This document shows, one piece after another, positions 9,608 through 19,955 of a stretch of 64,000 nt of DNA. The translations under genes were made by a program, and so were the position numbers. Position 1 is the first letter of the stretch; each line of letters opens with the position of its first letter. The stretch comes from a virus, in the IMG/VR virus record IMGVR_UViG_3300006226_001721, positions 10,314-74,313 of that record; one strand, written 5' to 3'. Below the pieces are notes generated by a model. It saw only the letters and a program-made list of their open reading frames with translations. It was not told the origin of the DNA and searched no databases.

Positions 9608-10889
9608 CTGTCCTCCAAAATGCTTGTTTAGTTGGATGAATATTGTCGTGGAACATTATGCCGAGCTCACCAGCTTTAGGCCAGTTTTCTAATACTCGTT
9701 TGCACTCATTGATCCAAAAGTATGCCGTGCCAACTGGAACATTCTGACCAATGACAGAACCAAAAGTGAAGCGCGTATGTTGATACTCAAAGTCTGCGGG
9801 GAGTCCCATTAGATGCATATACTCACGGAATGTCAAACATCTATCTTCTTTAGGATGAAGTGCTGACCAACTATTACCATGATAGACAGTGGGGAACTTC
9901 TCATTGCCAACTGAAAAGAACGACCTATCAAAGTAGCCTTTTTGAATAGCACGCTTACTGATGCAATAGTCATAATGCGCTTTAAGTTTGGCGTCTTCGT
10001 GGAACTTATAGAACTCATCTGACAACTTGTTAGCTATTATGAAGCTTTTGAAGCGACATCGTTCAACGGTATCTCTCCAGTTAGGCCCGAACTTCTTCTT
10101 TAAGAATTTGAACTCTAAGTTCTCAGTGACATCATTTAAGATATGCTCCGCGCTATTTTGACTGGCCTTTTTTGGAATCTTAGCTAGGTACTCTAACACA
10201 CCAGCTTCTTTAGCTTGTTCATAATTCAACATAGGAGGAGCTATTCCTTTCCAAAAGATAACGAATGTTCTAGGTCGACTTTGTATGTTGTGGTGTAGAT
10301 TAGTGTCAGTCTTTATGTAAGTAACTGAGTAGCTGTTAGCCATTGCGACATCATTAAGATACTCTCTAACTAAGTTCCCCTTATTGGTGTACAACCCAGG
10401 CGCATTCTCAAAGATATAGACTTTTGGCTTAATGCTTTGTAAGACATATTTAGTTAAGAACTTAAGATTGTTGTTCTTAGAGCTATCTAATTTGCCGTGA
10501 TCTTGCGTGTTAGCACCAGATAGGCCACTACAAACTGGCACTGCACAAACTAAGTCTATCTCACCGCCCTTATAGTTGTCTAATTGCTTGAGATCAAATG
10601 GGCTACTATACTCATTGTCATTTTGATAAGTTACTGGTGAACCCCATTCGTAGTCAAACATGCCATGGGTGAATTGAATGTAAGGCGGAAGTGATTTCTT
10701 CTTCTTTAGATACTCGAGTAAGTGTCGTTCGTTACCCATGTTGATACACTTACCATCTTTGTTGAAAATCTTTTGTTCGAGACCAGGATATGATAGGATC
10801 CATTTAGCTGGATTCTTAAATGCTTGTTCAGCTGCCACATACATTCCACCAGTTAATGGTTGAATTGCCGCCCATTGTAATGTACTCAT
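9594..10889 (-). CDS. dcm: DNA cytosine-5 methyltransferase
   Basis: PLTGGM (motif I variant), PVCSGLS (PC), FENAPGL (ENV), QSRPRTF, LTFREYMHLMGLP, IGQNVP. Confidence 0.85.
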   Translation of the reverse strand: MSTLQWAAIQPLTGGMYVAAEQAFKNPAKWILSYPGLEQKIFNKDGKCINMGNERHLLEYLKKKKSLPPYIQFTHGMFDYEWGSPVTYQNDNEYSSPFDLKQLDNYKGGEIDLVCAVPVCSGLSGANTQDHGKLDSSKNNNLKFLTKYVLQSIKPKVYIFENAPGLYTNKGNLVREYLNDVAMANSYSVTYIKTDTNLHHNIQSRPRTFVIFWKGIAPPMLNYEQAKEAGVLEYLAKIPKKASQNSAEHILNDVTENLEFKFLKKKFGPNWRDTVERCRFKSFIIANKLSDEFYKFHEDAKLKAHYDYCISKRAIQKGYFDRSFFSVGNEKFPTVYHGNSWSALHPKEDRCLTFREYMHLMGLPADFEYQHTRFTFGSVIGQNVPVGTAYFWINECKRVLENWPKAGELGIMFHDNIHPTKQAFWRTDVRQ

Positions 10890-10921
10890 AATATCTAGTG
10901 TGAACTAATTGACTTAAAGAA

Positions 10922-11329
10922 TTAGGGTGCGCTATTCCTAACTTGTGGTCTAGGGTGCTTTGGATAGTCTTTGGTTTCTTCATCTGTTAGTGTTCTAAAT
11001 CCTTGTCCTAAAGCTTGCTCTAACCAATACGATGTGTTTCTATAGTACTTCTTAATGACATCTAACACTGGTCCAGTTTGGGCTTTATGTTTCCACAAGA
11101 ACTTTTTGAGAATGATAACCGGTTCATTATCACCAAACATAACAAAGCTATCTTTTGACTTACTAACTACGTCTTCGATTTCCTGTTTAAGATCACCAAT
11201 AAAGTCCCACACTTCATATTGTAAGTCCATGTCTTCTGGATCACCGCCAATAGCCTTAATCATCTCTTGACATACTGCTCTAGGTGGTGCCTCTTTTCCT
11301 TCTTTTAGAATCTGAGTGAATGACTTCAT
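10922..11329 (-). CDS. Probable capsid-internal protein
   Basis: N-terminus MKSFTQILKE|G resembles the T4 capsid targeting sequence MKTYQEFIAE. Confidence 0.45.
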   Translation of the reverse strand: MKSFTQILKEGKEAPPRAVCQEMIKAIGGDPEDMDLQYEVWDFIGDLKQEIEDVVSKSKDSFVMFGDNEPVIILKKFLWKHKAQTGPVLDVIKKYYRNTSYWLEQALGQGFRTLTDEETKDYPKHPRPQVRNSAP

Positions 11330-13110
11330 TAGTTGCTCCTTAATGGTGTTGCCAAGAACGGAATGACTTTTCGTCGAATGATCTCTGGTACTAAGTCGTT
11401 GGATAGCTTATTCATATAGGCCTTGTCTCCAACATCTAACTCTCTACCATCAACACGTTCTGCTCTATCCATAGCATATCGTTCCCATGCTGATACGAAC
11501 TCATCAAACATACGGAAAGTGAGCTTACGATTGATCTCGATTGGTTTGCCAAATACTGGCTTATTAGCTTTCCAAGATTCAATAGCAATACCTATTACGG
11601 TGTAGACGCACTTTTTAGCCCAGTCACGAACTTGTGGGCTAGCTTGACTACCTTCACCAATACGAGCTAATCCGCCATAGATCTTTCCAAGTCGTTCTAG
11701 GAATTGGTCTAATGTCAACTTAACTTCAACGGCTTCAACACGGTCTAATACGGCACTATTGATATCGTTCATTTCTAAGTTAGACACAAAGATTACAGAT
11801 GAGTTGAATAAGAACCTTCTAGGGAAGGTGGCGTTCTCATCACCTTGTTCAGTCGCACCAGAAGCCTTCATTGACTTCATTGCTTTGATGTCGTCTTCTT
11901 CCATACCTTCATATTCGTCTGGTTCTTCTTGACCTAATAGATCATCTAATAGTTCCTTATTGGTAGCTTCTCGTAAGTAGCGAGTTGATTTAGCGTGAAT
12001 GTTGCTATATGTTCTTTCGTCTTCTCGTAGTGGACGAATGCGATTTTGTAAGTCGTGTGATTCTTGTAGCGAGATCATTTTGTCTACAACAGGTTCACCA
12101 TCGATTGATAAGCGGAAGCGATTCTCACGGAGGGCCTCAGTGTCTATCTCAAATAGAACACCTTCCTGTAGTTCGTCGCCTTCATCTAAGTCATCTAATC
12201 TGGCTTGGAAGATCTTCAACATATTAGCACGAACAGTAATTGGCTTTTCAGTTGCTGACTTAGGATCGAGTAAGCCTTTCATAATGTTCATAATGTCCTG
12301 AGACAAGCCTTTCATAATCATCTTGTCATTGTCGTCTAATACAATGACTTTGTTCTGTGAGTGCTTATAGAAGAATGGCACCAATGTGCTCATTGATGAT
12401 CCAATGTCACCTGCTTCATACACATAGCCCGCTTTAGTTGGACTTTGTGGCATGTATCGTTTGCATGTTTCCATGACTTCATAAGTTTTGCCAATACCAG
12501 GATCGCCATATACGATAACATGGCGCTTATCTGTTTTGCGTAAGATAGTGTTCTTACACATGTTGTGGATCTCTTGGAACGTTTCTTCAGCTGTACCTTT
12601 GACACTAGCATTGCCGTATTTAGTAGTAAGATCAAGCGCTTGTTTTGCATATTCTCCTTCTTCATACACTTCAGGTCTTTCGTATGGTCCGGCTTGTTTT
12701 GAACCTTTTGCTGCTTTGACTTCGCCACCAGTCGCGTAGCCCTTTCCTAATGTGGAGAACTGTTTGTCTCCACCAATGTAGCCGTGACCTTCTAACCAAG
12801 TTAAGTCCTTTTTGAAGGTAGCTTCAGTTGTACCAGGGTGTGCCCATTCAGAAGCCATGAAGCCTTTGAATGTTGGGTTGTCAGTGTTATTAGCATAAGC
12901 GGCTATCATATCGCCTCGCTTAGCTTCTCGTAGCTGCATTTGAGCTTCCCTATTAGCTAAAGCCTCTCGGCGAACTTCAGGGTCTTTTCTTTCATCATAA
13001 ATTGTGCCAGTAGCAGTTGTTGGTTCAGTTGGCTCAGGTGCCAGTTCGTCTGGAGTGACGGGTGATCCACCCTGCTCCAAATCCTTTAAGTATTCTAAGA
13101 AATCGTTCAT
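11329..13110 (-). CDS. AAA+ ATPase
   Basis: Walker A GDPGIGKT, Walker B VIVLDDND, FVSN and LDRVEA sensor/Arg-finger region. Confidence 0.8.
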   Translation of the reverse strand: MNDFLEYLKDLEQGGSPVTPDELAPEPTEPTTATGTIYDERKDPEVRREALANREAQMQLREAKRGDMIAAYANNTDNPTFKGFMASEWAHPGTTEATFKKDLTWLEGHGYIGGDKQFSTLGKGYATGGEVKAAKGSKQAGPYERPEVYEEGEYAKQALDLTTKYGNASVKGTAEETFQEIHNMCKNTILRKTDKRHVIVYGDPGIGKTYEVMETCKRYMPQSPTKAGYVYEAGDIGSSMSTLVPFFYKHSQNKVIVLDDNDKMIMKGLSQDIMNIMKGLLDPKSATEKPITVRANMLKIFQARLDDLDEGDELQEGVLFEIDTEALRENRFRLSIDGEPVVDKMISLQESHDLQNRIRPLREDERTYSNIHAKSTRYLREATNKELLDDLLGQEEPDEYEGMEEDDIKAMKSMKASGATEQGDENATFPRRFLFNSSVIFVSNLEMNDINSAVLDRVEAVEVKLTLDQFLERLGKIYGGLARIGEGSQASPQVRDWAKKCVYTVIGIAIESWKANKPVFGKPIEINRKLTFRMFDEFVSAWERYAMDRAERVDGRELDVGDKAYMNKLSNDLVPEIIRRKVIPFLATPLRSN

Positions 13111-13138
13111 AGTAATTAGTTACAATAGACTAACTATT

Positions 13139-13744
13139 ATGAGTAAAGGTATTGTAATTGCAGATATCGATGACACAATGATCAAAGCAGAAGCAGGAGA
13201 TATCGGCATTTGGAAGCTAAAAGATGGTAAAGAGACTCGCTTATCAACAGATGATTTCGCTAAAGATCCAGACAAAGATGATCCAAAGGTCAAATTTGAC
13301 TATCGAGAATTCAACGATCCAGAAAAGGTAAGAGATAGTATCATTAATGGCACACCTTTACTTAAGAACTTAAAGATCATAGACAACTATTTGAGCAAAG
13401 GATTTGACTTTGCTTTTCTAACAGCTCGAGGTAGTGAAGATGTCATTAAAGAAGTGATGACTTCGTTCTTAAAAGACAGAGATAAAGATGGTCATCTTAA
13501 GCATATAGGTGATAAGTTCAATAAGACTCTCTCATTTGCCGTTAGTGATGAAAAGTACTGTGAGATATTAGACGGCATTAAAGATTTTGATAGAAAGGCT
13601 AAAGTCATTAAGACAATAGCTGAAATGTATGATAATGTTGCTTTCATCGATGATGATATTAGGAATCTAGTAGCAGTTAAGAATTTGCATTTACCAAATG
13701 TGAAGATAATTCGATCATTGAAAGAATCTACAGACCAAACTTAA
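13139..13744 (+). CDS. HAD-superfamily phosphatase/nucleotidase-like protein (start moved to 13139)
   Basis: IADIDDT, LTARG, K, FIDDD motifs. Confidence 0.7.
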   Translation: MSKGIVIADIDDTMIKAEAGDIGIWKLKDGKETRLSTDDFAKDPDKDDPKVKFDYREFNDPEKVRDSIINGTPLLKNLKIIDNYLSKGFDFAFLTARGSEDVIKEVMTSFLKDRDKDGHLKHIGDKFNKTLSFAVSDEKYCEILDGIKDFDRKAKVIKTIAEMYDNVAFIDDDIRNLVAVKNLHLPNVKIIRSLKESTDQT

Positions 13745-14600
13745 ATCCAGTCTTTAACTCGTGTTCATATCCAGGTGGGCAAGGTACTACATCTCTGCCC
13801 GTAGCATTCATAACAGCACAAACACCATGCTTCCATCCTATTTCACCTGGCCATTTCTTATTCAGCCAGCGCCAAACTTCAATGTGTTGTTCATTGTCAT
13901 TTTCGTTCCAACAAATAGAACTCTTTTGCATATGATCTTTCTCGCCTGTTTTGTACATAGCATTCACAAAGCGTATAGTCTTACCATATAGCCGCTTCTT
14001 TCCGATCTGCATAGACAAGTCGTTATCTTCACCTCGCCCTCCAGGTGCTGTTACATCAAAGTTGATGTTGTGCTTAGCTAATATGTCTATGTTAAGACCA
14101 TAACAGCCGGCTATCAATGTCTTAGTAGACTTTTGAACTAATCGCATGTCTTCTTTGATCGCAAAATTGATGAAGCCCATAGTAACTGGCTTAATGAATG
14201 CGTCTTGTTGTATGTCGAGGAACTGCTCCATTGTAGCAAAGAATGAAGCCATGCTAATGTGCATCGTTTTCTTATTAGTATTCTGAGTTATGAATCGACG
14301 ATAATCATCATCAACAGACCAATAGAAATGATAGCCATGCTCTTTTAGCCAGTTGAACATAAAGTGCCGCTTTTCAGCTATGTTGTATCGAGGGTGATAG
14401 ACTAGCTCATTCTCTTCTGAGTAAGTGCCTCGTTGGTCTTCATCTAAAAAGACTATAAGCTTAAGTCCACATTCTTTAGCTAACTGAAATGTCCGACCAT
14501 TCGGCCGACCTCGAGAAGGAACTACTACTGGGTGAATGGGCTTGCCGTCTATGATATGATCGAGATGGTTAAATGCCACGGCGCTTTCCTGCTCTGACAT
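13728..14600 (-). CDS. GT-A fold glycosyltransferase, phage DNA-modifying (TAGT/GREB1-like) type
   Basis: VVVPSRGRP, NIAEKRHF, WSVDDDY, GEDNDL pattern. Confidence 0.55.
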   Translation of the reverse strand: MSEQESAVAFNHLDHIIDGKPIHPVVVPSRGRPNGRTFQLAKECGLKLIVFLDEDQRGTYSEENELVYHPRYNIAEKRHFMFNWLKEHGYHFYWSVDDDYRRFITQNTNKKTMHISMASFFATMEQFLDIQQDAFIKPVTMGFINFAIKEDMRLVQKSTKTLIAGCYGLNIDILAKHNINFDVTAPGGRGEDNDLSMQIGKKRLYGKTIRFVNAMYKTGEKDHMQKSSICWNENDNEQHIEVWRWLNKKWPGEIGWKHGVCAVMNATGRDVVPCPPGYEHELKTGFKFGL

Positions 14601-15276
14601 ATGTGTCTTTCTTACCGAAGTATTTGGTATCTAACTTATAGAGTGTTTCAAATTCGCTATCAAACCAAGCTAAAAGTTGTTCGGCTTTTTCTTCGTTCTT
14701 TATACAGTGAATCTCTATAGCAAAGTATTGCACACTCTTTGGCAACTTAGTCCAGTCTATTGTGTATTCTCCACCTTCAGTGTCGCACTTAATGATAGTT
14801 GGCTTGTACTTCTTAAACTCATCATAGAAGTCTACTGTCTTAACAGTAATCTCTTTGCGACCTTTAGTTGGGATGATACTGTGTCGTCCCATGCATTGCT
14901 TTTTGTTGGGCTTTCTTTCTGTGATATAGAACTTAGTTTCACCATTGCTATCAGTAACAGCTACATTGTTCAATATGACTCTTGTTGGATCTAATTCCTG
15001 TTCAGAAAGTACTAGAAAATTCTCAGGTTCTGGTTCGTAACTTATGACACGCTTAGCACCCGCCTTGAGTGAAAGAAAGGTGAACATACCAATGTTAGCC
15101 CCAATATCCATTACAGTATGTCCTTCACAAACTTCAAAAATAGCCTTGTATTCTCTGAGTTCTTTTAGAACATCGATATCTAATGTGTCAGGACGATATT
15201 TGAAGCCTGTCTTTTCATCTGTTGCTATTATGAGTTCATTCACAAGTTGAGTCTTTTCTCCAAACTTATATGCCAT
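14569..15276 (-). CDS. FkbM-family SAM-dependent methyltransferase
   Basis: VMDIGANIGMF, SYEPEPEN, NVAV, IKCDTEGGE. Confidence 0.85.
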   Translation of the reverse strand: MAYKFGEKTQLVNELIIATDEKTGFKYRPDTLDIDVLKELREYKAIFEVCEGHTVMDIGANIGMFTFLSLKAGAKRVISYEPEPENFLVLSEQELDPTRVILNNVAVTDSNGETKFYITERKPNKKQCMGRHSIIPTKGRKEITVKTVDFYDEFKKYKPTIIKCDTEGGEYTIDWTKLPKSVQYFAIEIHCIKNEEKAEQLLAWFDSEFETLYKLDTKYFGKKDTYVRAGKRRGI

Positions 15277-16181
15277 TAGTTACTCCCAAAATGAAAGCCA
15301 GCATTCTTGGCCTTCTCTGATTTACGAATGTTGTGTGCATTATTTAGTACATCTTCTTTCCAATGTTCATATGTGTCTACTCGATATGTCCAAAATCGGG
15401 GATGATAAGACTTACTCATAGATGGCGCGACATCAATAATGTTGACTTTCAACTTGATTAGTGTGTTAGCGTGACCGTGTTTCTTATAGAGTTCATATCC
15501 TAACATTGAAGCTTTATCATTCCCGGCGGCTGCAATGCTCTTCCCAACTGTTTCGCTATCCTGTGTACCAGATTTGATAATGGCATATTCATTGAATGTT
15601 TGTGGTAAGATTCCCATTTTCCGCATTTCAAGAGCAAAGTCAAAATCGTCCCAAGTTGCAACACCTGTTTCAAATGTTGGTACTATTCCATATCTTTCTT
15701 GATAGATTTTCAAATTAAAGTAGATACATGAATATGGAATTTGATTAGAGTACTTTTTGCCAGTTTTAAGTTTGAAGCGCTTAAAGTTGGCTCCTATGAT
15801 TCCGCCATATACTTCTTCAAAGTTAGGAAGTGCAGCCCGCTTTTCATATTTGAGTGGCTCATCATCTTTCATATTTGCAGCGTCATACTTATTGAAGCCA
15901 GTAATATCATCATCTATAATGAGTAACTGTTCATAACCATTATCTATTGCATATCGTATTATGTTATTACGAATCGTTGGTACAACGGGTGTCTTAAAAG
16001 GGCCGCCATCATCCATTAGAATACCAATTTTAGGATCTAAGTTCCAGTCTGGATATCTATTAGTTGGATAGAACACTATCATATCTTGTGTTTTGTTAGT
16101 TTGGAATGTTAGAAAATCACTATCATATATTTTAGACTTTGGTCCATTTCCAGCTAAAACACCTATCATTAATTTCTTCAT
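15276..16181 (-). CDS. Second GT-A fold glycosyltransferase (TAGT/GREB1-like)
   Basis: PTIRNNII, LIIDDDI, WDDFDFAL pattern paralleling 13728..14600. Confidence 0.5.
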   Translation of the reverse strand: MKKLMIGVLAGNGPKSKIYDSDFLTFQTNKTQDMIVFYPTNRYPDWNLDPKIGILMDDGGPFKTPVVPTIRNNIIRYAIDNGYEQLLIIDDDITGFNKYDAANMKDDEPLKYEKRAALPNFEEVYGGIIGANFKRFKLKTGKKYSNQIPYSCIYFNLKIYQERYGIVPTFETGVATWDDFDFALEMRKMGILPQTFNEYAIIKSGTQDSETVGKSIAAAGNDKASMLGYELYKKHGHANTLIKLKVNIIDVAPSMSKSYHPRFWTYRVDTYEHWKEDVLNNAHNIRKSEKAKNAGFHFGSN

Positions 16182-16570
16182 TTAAATTCTTCCTCATTCT
16201 TTATAGTTTCATATCCATAAGCAACAGCTTTCAATATCTCTTCTTCAATTACTTTAATACTTTGATGATAATTCTTATATGAATCTGGCAAATAATCTTC
16301 TCTACTCATTTTAGTTACTTTATGTATTGCCTCCAATTTCTTTTTAAGACTTAACAAGTCATTTATATTTTTTCCAATGTTATCTAATATTATCTCAACA
16401 TTAGATTTTGTTGTCTTTTTAGATGGCGGAACTTTTGCAAATGCTTTTTTGATTGAACGCTCATCTTCTTCTCCAATAAGATCTTCTGGATCTATTTTTT
16501 TAAATGTGGTAGATTCTACTCCTGCTAATAAAGCATCAATTTCATCTTGACTTAGAGATCCGTCACTCAT
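16178..16570 (-). CDS. Protein with a FliM/FliY-type N-terminal CheY-binding peptide
   Basis: MSDGSLSQDEIDALLAGV contains LSQxEIDALL; remainder is not FliM/FliY-like. Confidence 0.65.
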   Translation of the reverse strand: MSDGSLSQDEIDALLAGVESTTFKKIDPEDLIGEEDERSIKKAFAKVPPSKKTTKSNVEIILDNIGKNINDLLSLKKKLEAIHKVTKMSREDYLPDSYKNYHQSIKVIEEEILKAVAYGYETIKNEEEFK

Positions 16571-16585
16571 AGGCACAATTTTATA

Positions 16586-16888
16586 TTAACTGTACAAATC
16601 TCTAAAGTCGTCATCAAAAGAAGATTTCTTCTCTTGCAATGAAAATTCTTCAAAATCTAAATCTAATGTTTTAACTTCTATATTTTTGATTTCTTTAATT
16701 GTTTTCAAATCTTTTTTAATTTCTTCTTTTATATTTTTCTTTTTTGGTATTGTTATAGAGTCTTTATATCGAAATCTATGATATAAAAACTCTATTAAAT
16801 AACAAAGAATAAAAAGACAAAGAAATGTAATAATTAAACAAGCAAAAATATAATCAATTATCCCGAACATACTCCTCTTCTGAAGCAT
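16586..16888 (-). CDS. Small membrane protein
   Basis: N-terminal hydrophobic helix. Confidence 0.55.
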   Translation of the reverse strand: MLQKRSMFGIIDYIFACLIITFLCLFILCYLIEFLYHRFRYKDSITIPKKKNIKEEIKKDLKTIKEIKNIEVKTLDLDFEEFSLQEKKSSFDDDFRDLYS

Positions 16889-17032
16889 AAATCATTTTAT
16901 TTTCTTCATATAATTTGACTAAAATTTTATATAATTCTTCTTGTTTTTGCTTATTTAATTCTATAATTCCTACTGGTGTCTTAAATTCATTAATCCAATA
17001 TTCAATTCTGTCTGTCATTTTGAGTGCTCCTT

Positions 17033-18424
17033 TTAAAGATTATCAATAATTTCTTTTACTGTTTTTTGTGATTGCTCTATAACTTGATCCATATTAAGAT
17101 ACTGCCAAGAACCTTGTCTTCCAGTAAAATAAATATTTGAATTATTAAAATAATCAAATATTATTTGTTTGTTTTTCTGTTGATCTAAATCATTTATTAC
17201 ATAAGCATTATTAAAATCAAAAGTTTCTATTGTTTTTATTTCTAATTTTCCAAATAATTTTTCTAATCCTTCTGTAATTTTTTTAGGATAATATCCTCTA
17301 ATAAATGTAGGACTATCATCTCTTTCTGTGACTTCTGTCATAAATGTAGTTGTTCCTGAATTATGATAATTTTTTCCAAAAAAATCCAATTTTGAAAATC
17401 TATGAAATTTTATACCAACATCAGCCGAATAAAAAGCAAAATTATTTCCTCCAATATCTCCTTCAATAGTTACTATTCCAATATTTATTTTATTGGAAAT
17501 TAATTTTTGTGCTGTTTCTTTTACTATTTTATGATTAGTATCATAATTTTTTACAAATGTTGTTAATGGAATTGTATTTATTAAGATATCATAATTATAA
17601 CTTAATTCAGTAGTTTCATTAATTGTACTTTTAATTACTACAACAGGTGGTTCATTTTTATTTATTTCTTGTTCTGTTATAGAAGTTTTTCCATCTGTTA
17701 GTCCAAAAGAATGTATTTGTTTTTTAGTAATTTTATGAACTTTTTCATTTAATCGTATTTTAATTTTATTATTTAATTTTTGTGCAAAGGAATCTATAAA
17801 AGTTTTTGTTCCACCAGATTCCGGATAAAAGAAATTTAACTGGTGAAGATAGCCATCGACAGTTTCTCCTTTTAATGATCGTTCTATATCTTCAATAGGT
17901 GGTTTTGGTATTCTTTCTACCATTTGTAAATCCATAAAAGTTGGATCAAACTTCCATATTTTTTCATTATATGGTAATAAATATAATTTTGAAATTCCAA
18001 CTCCAAAAGTTTTAAGAAAGAATTGTCTCATATTAGTTGCTTCATAATTTTCATACGGATTATTTCTAAAAGTAGACTCTACATATTGTTTTTCTCCTTC
18101 AGATAATTTTCCTAAATCATTTTCAAATGGATATTGTAAGTATTTTTTATCATGAATTATTATATTAGAACGTCTATGAACATTAATATTAGGCATCATT
18201 ATATCTTCCATAAAATCTAATGTATCTTTATTTTTAGAAAAGAATATATGAGGACCAATATCAAAAGTTATCCCAGATTTAGACTTAAATGACCTACAAA
18301 GACCACCTAAAGTATCTTCTTTTTCTATAATAATAATTTCATCTATATCAGGATTATCTTGAAGAAAATAAGCCGAACTTATTCCAGCTAGACCTCCGCC
18401 TAAGATAACAACTCTTTTACCCAT
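17033..18424 (-). CDS. FAD-dependent UDP-galactopyranose-mutase-like enzyme
   Basis: GGGLAG dinucleotide motif, GGLCRS, FDIGPHIFFS, YPFEN, PYNEKIW, YPESGGT, GRQGSWQYLNMDQ. Confidence 0.7.
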   Translation of the reverse strand: MGKRVVILGGGLAGISSAYFLQDNPDIDEIIIIEKEDTLGGLCRSFKSKSGITFDIGPHIFFSKNKDTLDFMEDIMMPNINVHRRSNIIIHDKKYLQYPFENDLGKLSEGEKQYVESTFRNNPYENYEATNMRQFFLKTFGVGISKLYLLPYNEKIWKFDPTFMDLQMVERIPKPPIEDIERSLKGETVDGYLHQLNFFYPESGGTKTFIDSFAQKLNNKIKIRLNEKVHKITKKQIHSFGLTDGKTSITEQEINKNEPPVVVIKSTINETTELSYNYDILINTIPLTTFVKNYDTNHKIVKETAQKLISNKINIGIVTIEGDIGGNNFAFYSADVGIKFHRFSKLDFFGKNYHNSGTTTFMTEVTERDDSPTFIRGYYPKKITEGLEKLFGKLEIKTIETFDFNNAYVINDLDQQKNKQIIFDYFNNSNIYFTGRQGSWQYLNMDQVIEQSQKTVKEIIDNL

Positions 18425-18433
18425 TAAAATATC

Positions 18434-19015
18434 CTAATTAAAAGTTATATGTTTGTAACAATCAAAGATAATATGGTCAATAATTAAAGATAAGTCTTCA
18501 AAAATGCCCATATTATTTGTTTCTAGATGAAATGATTTTTTTGCTGTTTCTTTTAACTTTCCACCATTAAATCCAACTATAGCATAAGTAATAGCATTGT
18601 TCTCATTAGCATATTGCATTGCTTTAATTACATTTTTAGAATTGCCACTACCAGAAATTCCCAATACTAAATCTCCTGGTTGTAAAAAGTTCTTTAACTG
18701 TTCAACAAAAATATCATCATAACTAGCATCATTAGCAATGGCTAACATAGTTGGAATATTGTCATTTAAGCAGATCATCTTAAATCGAGTATCATTTTGA
18801 TGATTAGCATAATTCATTCCCTTATTAAAGTCGTTTGCCCAATGTGATGCTGTTGAACCAGAGCCACCATTTCCCATAACAAATATTTGTCGTTTTTCAT
18901 TTCGAGCTTTAATCAACTCTAAAATTAGATCTATAAGAAGAGTATCTTTCTTTTTTAACTCATCTAATTGTGCTTGCAAATCTGCAATATATTTGTGTAC
19001 ATTAGTTATTAGCAT
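18434..19015 (-). CDS. gmhA: SIS-domain phosphosugar isomerase (sedoheptulose-7-P isomerase-like)
   Basis: MGNGGSGSTASH, AIAND..YDDIF.EQL, GISGSGNSKNV, EDLSLIIDH. Confidence 0.85.
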   Translation of the reverse strand: MLITNVHKYIADLQAQLDELKKKDTLLIDLILELIKARNEKRQIFVMGNGGSGSTASHWANDFNKGMNYANHQNDTRFKMICLNDNIPTMLAIANDASYDDIFVEQLKNFLQPGDLVLGISGSGNSKNVIKAMQYANENNAITYAIVGFNGGKLKETAKKSFHLETNNMGIFEDLSLIIDHIIFDCYKHITFN

Positions 19016-19952
19016 TCATTAACTCCTTAATTGCCTTTTTAACTGCATTATCAGAAGATAAATCTAAATCAAATCCAAGTTTGTGCAACTTATCTGTATT
19101 ATATTTGAAAGTATTTAAGTCACCAACCCATCCAATATCTTCTGTTCCATATCTAATTGTGTTACAATTAAATTCAGCCGCGCACCATTCAGCCATATTT
19201 TTGATAGTTGTTGTAGAATTATCCATTGGTGCGACATTATATACATTAACTCTTCTAGATGAACTTATCCACGAATACATAATAGCATCTATCAAATCTT
19301 TAACATGAATATATGGCTTATGCTGTGTGCCATTTCCTAATACTTCTAATTGTGTTGAATCTTTCTTTAATCTCTCTATAAAGTCATAAAGAGCACCATG
19401 TGTCATTCGTGATCCAACTACATTTGGAAATCTTATTATCCAAGCTCTAATATCATAATTGTGAACAAACGATGATATAAAACTTTCTGATGCTAATTTA
19501 GCAGCGCCATAATGAGACACTGGCATTAATGGTCCATGATTTTCTTGAACTTGAAGGCTACCAGTATCTCCATAAATAGCAGAAGTAGATGCGAATACAA
19601 ATTGTTTTATCTTATAGATATCAGCAACACACAACATATCATATGTAGTCTTAAATGTGCGATCAAAATCTATTCGAGGGTTTTTGTGAGATTTAGATAT
19701 ATCTGAATTAGCAGCAAAGTGAAATATCACATCTGATTCTTTTAAGTATTCATTTTCTACATATGATAGTTTGGTGATATCTTGTTGTATGAAAGTAAAT
19801 CTAGGATGCTTAGGATTTATCAGATGAGCGAGATTTTTAAGATTTCCTAATGATAAGTCATCAATACCAATCACGCTATAATCTCGCTTAATAAGTTCGT
19901 CAACTAAATGACTTCCAATAAAGCCCGCAGCACCGGTTACTATACATTTCAT
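19002..19952 (-). CDS. NAD-dependent nucleotide-sugar epimerase/dehydratase (extended SDR)
   Basis: TGAAGFIGSH, FASTSAIYG, YGAAK, RFPNVVG. Confidence 0.9.
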   Translation of the reverse strand: MKCIVTGAAGFIGSHLVDELIKRDYSVIGIDDLSLGNLKNLAHLINPKHPRFTFIQQDITKLSYVENEYLKESDVIFHFAANSDISKSHKNPRIDFDRTFKTTYDMLCVADIYKIKQFVFASTSAIYGDTGSLQVQENHGPLMPVSHYGAAKLASESFISSFVHNYDIRAWIIRFPNVVGSRMTHGALYDFIERLKKDSTQLEVLGNGTQHKPYIHVKDLIDAIMYSWISSSRRVNVYNVAPMDNSTTTIKNMAEWCAAEFNCNTIRYGTEDIGWVGDLNTFKYNTDKLHKLGFDLDLSSDNAVKKAIKELMNANN

Positions 19953-19955
19953 GTT

